Origin: Anaeramoeba ignava BMAN
Taxonomy: Eukaryota > Protista > Anaeramoebae
Assembly: GCA_028826165.1 (NCBI GenBank)
Contig: JAPDFW010000073.1
Coordinates: forward strand, 62,001 to 126,000
Reading direction: 5' to 3'
DNA: 64,000 nucleotides
A program made the translations under genes and the position numbers. Of this stretch, positions 13,043 through 23,269 are shown piece by piece; positions within the stretch are counted from its first letter, which is position 1, and each line of letters opens with the position of its first letter. The notes under the pieces were generated by a model that did no database searches, was not told the DNA's origin, and worked only from the letters and a program-made list of their open reading frames with translations.

Positions 13043-14812
13043 ATGAATGAAATTTTATTTTTTGGTTTAAATCAATATCCAAAACTTATCAAAAATAAAC
13101 CAAATAAAATAACAAAACCAATTCAATTTAAATTTGAAAATGAAAATGAAAAACAAATTAAACAAATTTCAACAGGACATTTTTCAATAATTTTCCTTTT
13201 TAAAGATGGAAAAGCAATAGAATATTTAAAAAAAAATAATTCAAAACAAAATCCTGAAAAAATCCAAATTGAAGAAAATATTCAAAAAGTAACTGTTGGT
13301 AATGAAAATGAAGCTATTTTAACAATAGAAGGAAATGTATTTGCTAAAGGAGAAGATATTAATCCACAAAATACAAAAGAATTTATCAATATTTCATCAT
13401 TAATTGAAGATAAAAATGATAGAATAATTGAAGATATTGTTTCTGGAGCTCGTTCAATTTACTTATTAACTTCAAATCAAAATGTTTATGGAATTGGATC
13501 TAATGGTTATGCCCAACTTGGTGTTGATTCTGAAACACTTCCAAAAACAAAAAAACCAATTTTAATGATGAAAAATGTTTCTAAAATATTTTCAGGAAAT
13601 ACTTCAAATCATGTTTTTCTTTTAAATTCAAATCAAGAATTATTTGGATGCGGAAATAATGAACAAGGCCAACTTGGATTAAGAAAATCAATAAAAGAAG
13701 ACACAATCCAAAAATTAACCAAAATCCAAAATATTCCAAAAGGTAAAATAATTGATATTCAAGGTGGAAATAAGCATTCAATAATGTTGATTGAAAACCA
13801 AAATCAAAATGAAAATGAAAACCCAAAAAGAAAACTTTATTCATGTGGATATTATGAATATAATGGATTTGGCAAAAAATATCAAAATACTTATGAATTT
13901 ACTGAAATCAAATCATCTTTATTTGAAAATAATGATAATATTATTGAAATTTCTGTTGGATATTTTCATACTTTGATTTTAACTTCTAATTCGAAATTAA
14001 TTGGATTTGGATATAATAAATTTTGTGAATTAGGAACTGGAGATACAAATAAGCAATCAATTCCAATTCAAATTGAACTTCCTAAATTAAAATTTAATGA
14101 AAATGTTTTCAATTATCATATTCATTGTGGATTTTTCAATTCATTTCTTTATTATTCTCCTCCTTCTTTTTCCAATCTTGAAGAAGATTTGATAAAATTA
14201 TTTGAAAGAAAAGAATTTTGTGATATTTCATTTAAAACAGAAAATGGAGAAATAATTGAAGCTCATAAATTAATATTGAAATATAGATTAAATCAAAATC
14301 AAAATGAAAAACTTCAAGAAATTATTTCAAATAAATCAATTAAAGAATCAAATCAAATATTTGAAATGATTTATTCAAATAATTCCAAAATAAATCCAAA
14401 ATTATATTTTGAAATTAAAGAAATTATAAATTCAAATGAAAAAATTGAAGAAACAATGAAAAGAATTTATTTAAATGAAAATGAAAATGAAAATGATTTT
14501 ATTATTGAAAGAAAAGAAAAACAATACAAATTTCCAAAATTAATATTAATAATGAGAAGTGAATTATATCGAGGAATGTTTTTATCTGTAACAGAAGATA
14601 AATCTAATAAAGTTAGAGATTATAGTGAATTAAGTAATAAATCATTTCAAATATTTGAATATTGGATTTATTCAAATCAAATCAAAGATGAAATTGAAAT
14701 TACTCAAGAAATCATAGATGAAATTCAAATTGGAATTGATTATTTTCAATTAAATCAAACAAATCCAAATTTATTTGATTTATTAATTAACAAATTTAAT
14801 AATCAAAATTAA
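13043..14812 (+). CDS. RCC1-repeat + BTB protein, copy 4 (589 aa, intact, intronless)
   Basis: Complete ORF; the BTB half is nearly identical to copies 1 and 2. Confidence 0.92.
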   Translation: MNEILFFGLNQYPKLIKNKPNKITKPIQFKFENENEKQIKQISTGHFSIIFLFKDGKAIEYLKKNNSKQNPEKIQIEENIQKVTVGNENEAILTIEGNVFAKGEDINPQNTKEFINISSLIEDKNDRIIEDIVSGARSIYLLTSNQNVYGIGSNGYAQLGVDSETLPKTKKPILMMKNVSKIFSGNTSNHVFLLNSNQELFGCGNNEQGQLGLRKSIKEDTIQKLTKIQNIPKGKIIDIQGGNKHSIMLIENQNQNENENPKRKLYSCGYYEYNGFGKKYQNTYEFTEIKSSLFENNDNIIEISVGYFHTLILTSNSKLIGFGYNKFCELGTGDTNKQSIPIQIELPKLKFNENVFNYHIHCGFFNSFLYYSPPSFSNLEEDLIKLFERKEFCDISFKTENGEIIEAHKLILKYRLNQNQNEKLQEIISNKSIKESNQIFEMIYSNNSKINPKLYFEIKEIINSNEKIEETMKRIYLNENENENDFIIERKEKQYKFPKLILIMRSELYRGMFLSVTEDKSNKVRDYSELSNKSFQIFEYWIYSNQIKDEIEITQEIIDEIQIGIDYFQLNQTNPNLFDLLINKFNNQN

Positions 14813-15122
14813 AATCAAAATTAAAATTAAAATTAAAATTAAAATTAAAATTCAAAATTAAAATTAAAATTAAAATTAAAATTAAAATTAAAATTAAAAT
14901 TAAAATTAAAATTAAAATTAAAATTTAAAATTAAAATCAAAATTAAAATTAAAATTAAAATTAAAATTAAAATTAAAATTAAAATTAAAATTAAAATTAA
15001 AATTAAAATTAAAATTAAAATTAAAATTAAAAATAAAATTAAAATTAAAATTTAGAATTAAATTTATAATTAAAATCAAAATTAAAATTAATATTAAAAT
15101 TAAAATTAAAATTAAAAATTAA
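14813..15122 (+). repeat. (AAAATT)n tail after copy 4
   Basis: Hexamer array. Confidence 0.95.
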
Positions 15123-15456
15123 AAAAATTTTTTTTTCTTTTTTTTCTTTTTCATTTTTTTATTTAATATCATTCTTTTACAAATATTAAGTTGCTTATAT
15201 ATTTATTTTCATGATAGTTTTGTGCGAATTGTGTATATTTATGGATTTAACAATAATTTAATTAATAGTTTAATTACTTAAACATTTATCTATTTTTTAA
15301 CCTTAAAATAAAATAGTTTTTTTTAGTATTCTTATATGCTTCTATAAGTTCGATTATAAGTTCGATTATTAGTGTGTTTATATGAGTGCTTTTGTTTTGA
15401 CTTTTGTTATTGTTTCTTTTCATCTTCCATCTTATTTTTCTTGAAATTGCTACTGT

Positions 15457-15526
15457 TTAATAAGAATCATTGATATCTTTTTTTTGCGTTTTTTTTTGTT
15501 TTGTTTTGTTTTTTTTTTTTTTTTTG

Positions 15527-15557
<31 letters not shown>

Positions 15558-16593
15558 TGCGTTTTGTTTTGTTTTGTTTTGTTTTGCTTTTTGGAACAGG
15601 TGTGTATAGAGGAGTGAGGAAATCATCTCCTTTTGTCTGGTTTTCTTTAGTTTGAGGTTCATTTTCATATTCATATTCAGATTCATATTCAGATTCTTTT
15701 TCAGATTCTTTTTCATTCGAATTTTGAGTTGAAGTGTGAGATTCACCAATATAATTATATAATTCCTGGTTGAGAGTTAGATCGTGATTCTTTTCATTTG
15801 AATAAATTCCTTTTTCATTTTTAGATTCATCATCTTTTTCCATTTCGATTTGAGTTTTGATTTTGAATTCGATTTGAGTTTTGATTTTGATTTTGTCCCA
15901 ATTGTTTTAGAAGTGTTCTTTTACTTTCATTTTGATTTGTTTGAGGTGAGGAAAAGAATGAATTTGAATTTTGAAAATTTTGATAATTTTTTTGTTCCAT
16001 TTGTTGCTTTAGTTGATTCACTAAAGATTTGAATTCTTCTTTTTGTGGTTCTTGAAACATTGAAGAGTGCCATTTTGCTATGCCCTTTCCGATTTCTTCT
16101 TGGGTTTCTTTACTGTTACCATTTTTAAGAAGCTTATAACAAATATATTTTTTTTAGTTGAATTGGCGCCTGTACTTAAATTGTTGAATTCACTACGCAC
16201 TCCTAAATAATCCATAATTTGATAATATGGGCATAGGCTAATATTTCCTGTTCCTTTTCTCATATCACATAGTGAGAATGTTATCTGCTTGTTTTTTTTC
16301 TCTTGTATATGAGATTTTCAATATTATTTATTTTGATGTAATTCCAAGCAAATCAATTAATAAAAAATGAACAAAAAATTATTACTAACGAAATATTTCT
16401 TTAAATACCTTGTGATTGAGTGATTTCTCGAACATTTTGTGAAAAAATTTTGTAAATTTCTATTACCATTATTCTCGTAATTATTCTCATAATTATTGTT
16501 ATTGCGATTCATCTCTGCTTGCATATGCATTTCTTGAGTTTCATTAAAATTTCTTTCAGTTGAATTTTCAATAATTTGATCTCTGCTGTTCAT
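15457..16593 (-). pseudogene. Orphan gene or pseudogene of unknown function (fragmented), probably cargo of the adjacent element
   Basis: ORFs 16357-16593, 16078-16263, 15830-16060 and 15457-15843 join via a probable intron (GT at ~16408) and 1-nt shifts; N/Q-rich and E-rich low-complexity tail; no recognisable domain. Confidence 0.45.
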
Positions 16594-16619
16594 TACTTTA
16601 TTGGACTGGAATTCTATTT

Positions 16620-16883
16620 AAATTATTATATTATATTATATTATATTATATTATATTATATTATATTATATTATATTATATTATATTATATTATATTATA
16701 TTATATTATATTATATTATATTATATTATATTATATTATATTGACCATTTTTTCGAGAAGATATTATATTATATTATATTATATTATATTATATTATATT
16801 ATATTATATTATATTATATTATATTATATTATATTATATTATATTATATTATATTATATTATATTGACCATTTTTTCGAGAAG
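16620..16883. repeat. (ATATT)n microsatellite interrupted by two copies of TGACCATTTTTTCGAGAAGA
   Basis: 20-mer at ~16742 and ~16865, each preceded by ~100-120 bp of pentamer. Confidence 0.9.
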
Positions 16884-17124
16884 ATGTCCGATCAAATATA
16901 TATTTTTTTAGACCCCTAATTGATAAGAGAAACAACATAGGAAAGAGTTTGTTTGGTATAAAATAATATATTGGTTTTTTTATCCCAAAAATGAAATGGC
17001 CAAAATTCAAATGATTTTTTGGAACAAAATTCTTATTATGATTTCTCAGAGAAATAAATTAAAAAAAAAAACTAAAAAGAATATTTTGGGTGAGAAAGTT
17101 TTGTTTTGATGAAGAATTTATGTT

Positions 17125-18167
17125 TTAATATTTCTTTCTGATTTTTCTTTTTCTGTATTTCCCTGTGCTTGATAACAATCTCACATGAACCTCTCCTTTC
17201 CGCGTAAAAAGAAACTGATGATATTTTCGAATATTTTTTAGAGTTATTGTTTCTGTAATATGTTTATGAATGGCTAAAGTATTTTTCATGTTATTGAACA
17301 TTTCTACATATTCTTGGGGAGAATATTTTTTTTCACCTTTGAGTTTCAATCTGGTCTCAAGTTGTTTTATGTTACCGAAATGTCCATCACATCCAGAGCA
17401 TTCATGATGTGACACAAAGAAATTATATTCTATTGGAATTTTTAACTTTGGGATAATTTTAATAAAAAATAAAAAAGCTTGGAACTTTTAAAATGTGGAC
17501 CACCATCACTCCATATTTGAACTTTTTCATAAGATGCAAAATATTCATGCTCTTCAAGATAAGTAAAAGCTGAGATGACATATTTAGCATCTTGTGGAAA
17601 ACCTTGAGAAACAAAATCTAAATAATTGAGACTTCTTTCTCCTTCAGCATTTGTGATTCTAATGATGTTCAGATCAGACACTTGTTTTTATTATGTCCAT
17701 CTCTTCCACATCTCGAGCAATGGTAATGTCTTTTGGATCTCTTTCTTTTGGGCTTTTCTTCTTGATCTTGATCGGTTATTTCAATTGAAGATTGGACTAA
17801 ATTGTGAATTTGTTCATCCAACTTTTCTTTTTTTTCTTCCGTGATTTGAGAAACAATTTGAACAGCACTGTTCTTTGGGAGTTCCTGATCAACAGCATTA
17901 ATTAAAGGATTTTGTTCAAAAGTAAATGGAGTCTGGTTTGTAATCCTCCCCTTTTTTTGTTTTTAATTGAGAAACTAAATTGAAAAGGTGATAAATCAAA
18001 TATTTAGTTTCTAATTGGCATGGATCTTCGGCAATTCCCATTTGTTGAGCGTATTCTTTATATAAATTAATTGAACTTTTTGTTGACTTTTCAGTCTGTT
18101 TGGGGACCGAGATTCGAATTTGTTTTTGAAGATCTTGTTTTTCTTGAAGGATAAAATTTCTCTTCAT
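17125..18167 (-). mobile_element. Degenerate chimeric transposon coding region: Crypton-like YR N-terminal fragment + CCHC zinc knuckle + Sola-like DDE transposase C-terminal half
   Basis: 18167-17916: SVPKQTEKSTKSSINLYKEY..LKTKKGEDYKPDS; ~17935-17670 in another frame: KRHYHCSRCGRDGHNKNKC; 17681-17125: YLDFVS..QDAKYV..QIWSDGGPHFKS..(1-nt shift)IEYNFFVSHHECSGCDGHFGNIK..IRKYHQF. Termini not found. Confidence 0.7.
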
Positions 18168-18206
18168 GATAAAATGAAATATAATTAGAATTATTTTATT
18201 GTCCTT

Positions 18207-19235
18207 AAACTTATATTTATTTTTAAATCATTTTTGAATTAATTTAGATAATAAATTCTTTTTATAAATTATATAAATAAATTATCTTACATTTTAATTT
18301 TGATTTTTATTATTTAATTTTTGATTGAATTTATATTAAAAATGTTTAAAATATTTTATTAATTATTTAATAAAGAAAATAAATAATAAAATTATATTTT
18401 ATATTATTAATTTATTTCAAATTAATTTATACTTTAAATTTAATTAAATATTATTATTTAAATTTATTTAAAATTATTTTATTTTTTTGGAATAGAATTA
18501 ATTAAATTTAATTTTTTTTGATTTAAATTTATATTTATTTTTAAATCATTTTTGAATTAATTTAGATAATAAATTCTTTTTATAAATTATATAAGTAAAT
18601 TATTTTATATTTTAATTTTGATTTTTATTATTTTATTTTTGATTAAATTTATATTAAAAATGATTAAAATATTTTATTAATTATTTAATAAAAATTAAAT
18701 AATAAAATTATATTTTATATTATTAATTTATTTCAAAATTAATTTATAATTTAAATTTAATTAAATATTATTATTTAATATTAATTTAAAATTATTTTAT
18801 TTTTGGAATAGAATTAATTAAATTTAATTTTTTTGCTTTAAACTTATATTTATTTTTAAATCAATTTTGAATTAATTTAGATAATAAATTCTTTTTATAA
18901 ATTATATAAATAAATTATCTTACATTTTAATTTTGATTTTTATTATTTTATTTTTGATTAAATTTATATTAAAAATGATTAAAATATTTTTTATTTATTT
19001 AATAAAAATTAAATAATAAAATTATATTTTATATTATTAATTTATTTCAAAACATAATTTAAATTTAATTAAATATTATTATTTAAATTTATTTAAAATT
19101 ATTTTATTTTTGGAATAGAATTAATTAAATTTAATTTTTGTTTTAAATTTATATTTATTTTTAAATCAATTTTGAATTAATTTAGATAATAAATCCTTTT
19201 TATAAATTATATAAGTAAATTATCTTACATTTTAA
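18207..19235. repeat. AT-rich tandem repeat, ~305-317 bp unit, ~3.3 copies
   Basis: TTATATTTATTTTTAAATCA..GAATTAATTTAGATAATAAAT recurs at ~18210, 18528, 18844 and 19149. Confidence 0.9.
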
Positions 19236-19354
19236 TTAACATTTTCTCTTTGTTTTTTTTTATAAATTTGTTTTTGAAATTTTCATTTGATTTTTTCTTT
19301 TTATTTCTTTTTATTTTTTTAATTTAAAAAAAAAAAATGAAAAATGAATAAAAG

Positions 19355-19998
19355 TTTTAAAATCATTTCTTAATTAATTTTATTGCAAAATATTAAATTA
19401 ATTATAATTAAAAATTAAGTAAAATAATAAATAAAATATTTTAATTAAATTTATCTCTTGATTATTAATAATATTAATTTAATATTAATAATAAATTCTT
19501 TTTTAAAATCATTTCTTGATTAATTTTATTGCAAAATAGTAAATTAATTATAATTAAAAATTAAATAAAATAATAAATAAAATATTTTAATTAAATTTAT
19601 TTCTTGATTTTTAATGATATTAATTTAATATTAATAATAAATTCTTTTTTAAAATTATTTCTTAATTAATTTTATTGCAAAATAATAAATTAATTATTAT
19701 TAAAAATTAAGTAAAATAATAAATAAAATATTTTAATTAAATTTATTTCTTTATTTTTAATAATATTAATTTAATATTAATAATAAATTCTTTTTTAAAA
19801 TCATTTCTTAATTAATTTTATTGCAAAATAATAAGTTAATTATTATTAAAAATTAAGTAAAATAATAAATAAAATATTTTAATTAAATTTATTTCTTTAT
19901 TTTTAATAATATTAATTTAATATTAATAATAAATTCTTTTTTAAAATCATTTCTTAATTAAATTTATTGCAAAATATTAAATTAATTATAATTAAAAA
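19355..19998. repeat. AT-rich tandem repeat, 146-bp unit, ~4.4 copies
   Basis: TTGCAAAA at 19383, 19529, 19675, 19821 and 19967 (spacing 146 each). Confidence 0.92.
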
Positions 19999-20083
19999 TT
20001 TTTCATTTTTTTTTTCATTTTTTTCCTTTTTTTTAAAAACACAAAAACAAAAAACACAAAAAACAAAAAACACAAAACAAAAA

Positions 20084-21748
20084 ATGGATAATAATAATAA
20101 TAACCAAATTCAAAATGAAAATCAAAATGCAAATCAAAATGAAATGAAAATGAAATGAAAAATTTAGAAAAAAAAGTAACAAAAAATTTAATTAAAGATT
20201 ATTCAAACCTTTTAAATGGAAATTCATTTAAAGATTTTTCAATTTTTGTTGAGAATAAATCAAATCCTTTTGAAATTAAAGTTCATAAATCAATTTTATC
20301 TTCAAGATCTCCTTTTTTTAATGAGTCATTAAGGCAAGAATCTCTTTCTATTTCTTTAAATCAATTTAATAAAAAAGAAATGGAATCAATTTTGAGTTAT
20401 ATTTATTATGGAAATATTTCTTTTGAGAATCAAGAAAATCTTATTCAATTATTGGAAATTTCAATTTATTTTAAATTAAATTTATTGAAAGAAATTATTC
20501 AAAAAAAAATTTTAAATTCAATTAATTATTCAAATTTTTTCCAATTTTTATTCCAAAATCGAAATTTAAATTCAAATGAAATTGAAATAAAATGTTTTGA
20601 ATTAATAAATCAAAATTTTTCCCAAATTCAAAATAATGAAAATTTATTCAATTTAACTAAAGAAGAAATTATCAAATTTATTCAATTTAAACAAGAAAAA
20701 AAAGAAATTTTTCAATTTGATTTTTTTCAATTTTTAAATAATTGGATTGAAAAAAGAAATAAAAAATTAAAAGGAAAGAAAAGAAAAAGAAAAAGAAAAA
20801 GAAAAGGGAATTGAAAAGAAAAGATTATTTCATTCTTTTTTTTCATTATTTGATAAAGATTCAATTTCAAAACAAGATTTTGATAAATTAAAACAATTTG
20901 ATTTTTTTCCCAAATCTTTTTTAGTTGATATTCAAAACAAAGTTATTCAAGATAATCAAAAAGAAATTGAAAACAAAGAGAAGGAAATTGAAGATAAATG
21001 GAAGAAAGAAATTGAAGATAAAAACAAAGAAATTGAAAAGAATCAAAAAGAAATTGAAAACAAAGAGAAAGAAATTGAAGATAAAAACAAAGAGAAAGAA
21101 AATCAACAAATGAAAATTGAAATTGAAGAGAAATGGAAGAAAGAAGTTGAAGATATGAAATCCAAATTTGAATTAATGGAATTACAAAAGATTTTTTCAG
21201 ATTCAGAAATTGTTCAAGATATTGAATATGTTAAGAAATTACAAGAATGGATAAATGATAATGATTTTTTTTCTAAAATGAAAAAAGGATTTTCAGCAAA
21301 AAGAGATGGATTTAATTCTCAAAATTGGCATAAAGCAGTTGATGGGAAAGGAAAAACATTAGTTATTATCAAAACAAAAGATAATTTTATTTTTGGAGGT
21401 TTTACTCAAGTTGGATTTAAACCAAATGGAGGAGACATTAAAGATTCAAGTGCATTTATTTTTTCATTAAGAAATGATAAAGGAGATAGAATACCTGCAA
21501 AGTTTACAATTAAACAAGGCCAAGAAGGATATGCAATTTGTTCTCATTTAAGTTGTGGTCCAATATTTGGTTGGGATGGTCATGGTAATGATTTTCGTTT
21601 AGAATCTAATTTACAAGGTCATTCAAATTTTGGTCATAGTTATAATCTACCTAATGGAATTACTTGTGGAACAAATAAAGCTAAAAGTTATTTAGCTGGT
21701 TCTTATGATAAATGGATTGTTGATGAACTTGAATCTTATTTCATTTAA
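20084..21748 (+). CDS. BTB + coiled-coil + TLDc domain protein (intronless; apparent frameshifts at ~20150 and ~20800)
   Basis: FKDFSIFV..IKVHKSILSSRSPFF (BTB); GFSAKRDGFNSQNWHKAVDGKGKTLVIIKT..IFGGFT..AFIFSL..GPIFG (TLDc). Confidence 0.85.
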
Positions 21749-22864
21749 AAATTAATTAATAATAAGAAAATCAAACTTTTTTTTTTTAATTTTTTTTTTT
21801 TCAAAATTTAATTCAATTTTAATTTACTTTTAATCAAATTAATTTCTTTAAAATAATAAATAAGAAACAAATTTAATTTTAAATAATTTAATTTTAATTT
21901 AAAATATTTATTAAAAATTTAATTAATAAAAAATAATCCAAAAAAAAAAATAATAAATTTTAAAAAATTGAATATTTTTAATATAATAAATAAAAATAAA
22001 AATTGAAAATAGAAATTAATAATAATTAAATTTAAATTCATTAATTAAAATATTAAAATAAAAAAAATCAAATAAAATTTATTATTAATTAATATTTAAA
22101 TATTAATAAATTATAATCAAAATCAAAAATAGAATAATTAGTAAATTATTTTTTTAGAAAGTTTATCTTATTCAATCATGTTAAATTCAATTTATTTAAA
22201 ATTTTTAATTTTTATTTTTAATATATTTTATTATAATTAGGAATTGGAATAATAAATAATTAAAAATATTAATATAATAAATAAAAATATTATATAAATT
22301 AAAATAAAATAAATTTAAATTAAATTATTATTAAATATTATTAAAATTAGATATTTATGTTTATTAAAATATTTATTCCACTTTTTTTAATATATTTTAT
22401 TATAATTAAAATTAAAAAAAATAAATAAATAAATAAAATAAAAAATAAATTAATATAATAAATCTTTTATTAAAAAAATATTAAAATTAAATTTTACATT
22501 AAAATAAAATAAATTTAAATTAAATTATTATTAATTATTATTAAAATTAAATATTTATCTTTATTAAAATATTTCAATTTTTTCTCAATTTTATTTAAAC
22601 TATTTGGAATAATTTTATATTATTTTAAAATAAAAAAATATTAATAAAATATATAAAATATAATTAATTTTAAATTTAATCATTTAATATTCTTTATTCC
22701 ATTTTTGAAATAAATTAATGAAAAAGATTTTATTAATTTTATTAAATTATTGGGAATAGTTTTATATTATTTTAAATAAAGAAAAATTAATAAAATATAT
22801 AAAATATAATTAATTTTAAATTTAATTATTTAATATTCTTTATTCCATTTTTGAAATAAATTAA

Positions 22865-23150
22865 TGAAAAAGATTTTATTATTGAAAGAAAAGAAAAACA
22901 ATATAAATTTCCAAAATTAATATTAATAATGAGAAGTGAATTATATCGAGGAATGTTTTTATCTGTTACAAATGATACTTCTAATAAAGTTACAGATTAT
23001 AGTGAATTAAGTAATAAATCATTTCAAATATTTGAATATTGAATTTATTCAAATCAAATTAAAGATGAAGAAATTAAAATTACACAAGAAATTATTGATG
23101 AAATTCAAATTGAAATTGATTATTTTCAATTAAATCAAACAAATCTAAAT
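22865..23150 (+). pseudogene. 3' fragment of an RCC1-BTB gene (second BTB-like segment only) with an in-frame TGA
   Basis: KDFIIERKEKQYKFPKLILIMRSELYRGMFLSV..FEY*IYSNQIK..DYFQLNQTN; no upstream coding sequence. Confidence 0.88.
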
Positions 23151-23269
23151 TAAAATTATAATCAAAATTAAAAATGGAAAAAACCTTTTCTTTTCTGTTT
23201 AATTTTTTTGAAAAAAAAAGAAAAAGTTTCCAAAAAATGGAACGAATCAAAAAAAAAAGGGATGTGAAG

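Noticed and set aside
15165-19250. TIRs or TSDs delimiting the YR/DDE element
   Set aside because: No convincing inverted or direct terminal pair was found by eye, so boundaries are left undefined.
23036-23045. TGA at a conserved Trp position as evidence of a UGA=Trp code
   Set aside because: It occurs only in a truncated fragment. TGA is the normal stop for the ankyrin, Ras and WDR36 genes, and Trp is TGG elsewhere.
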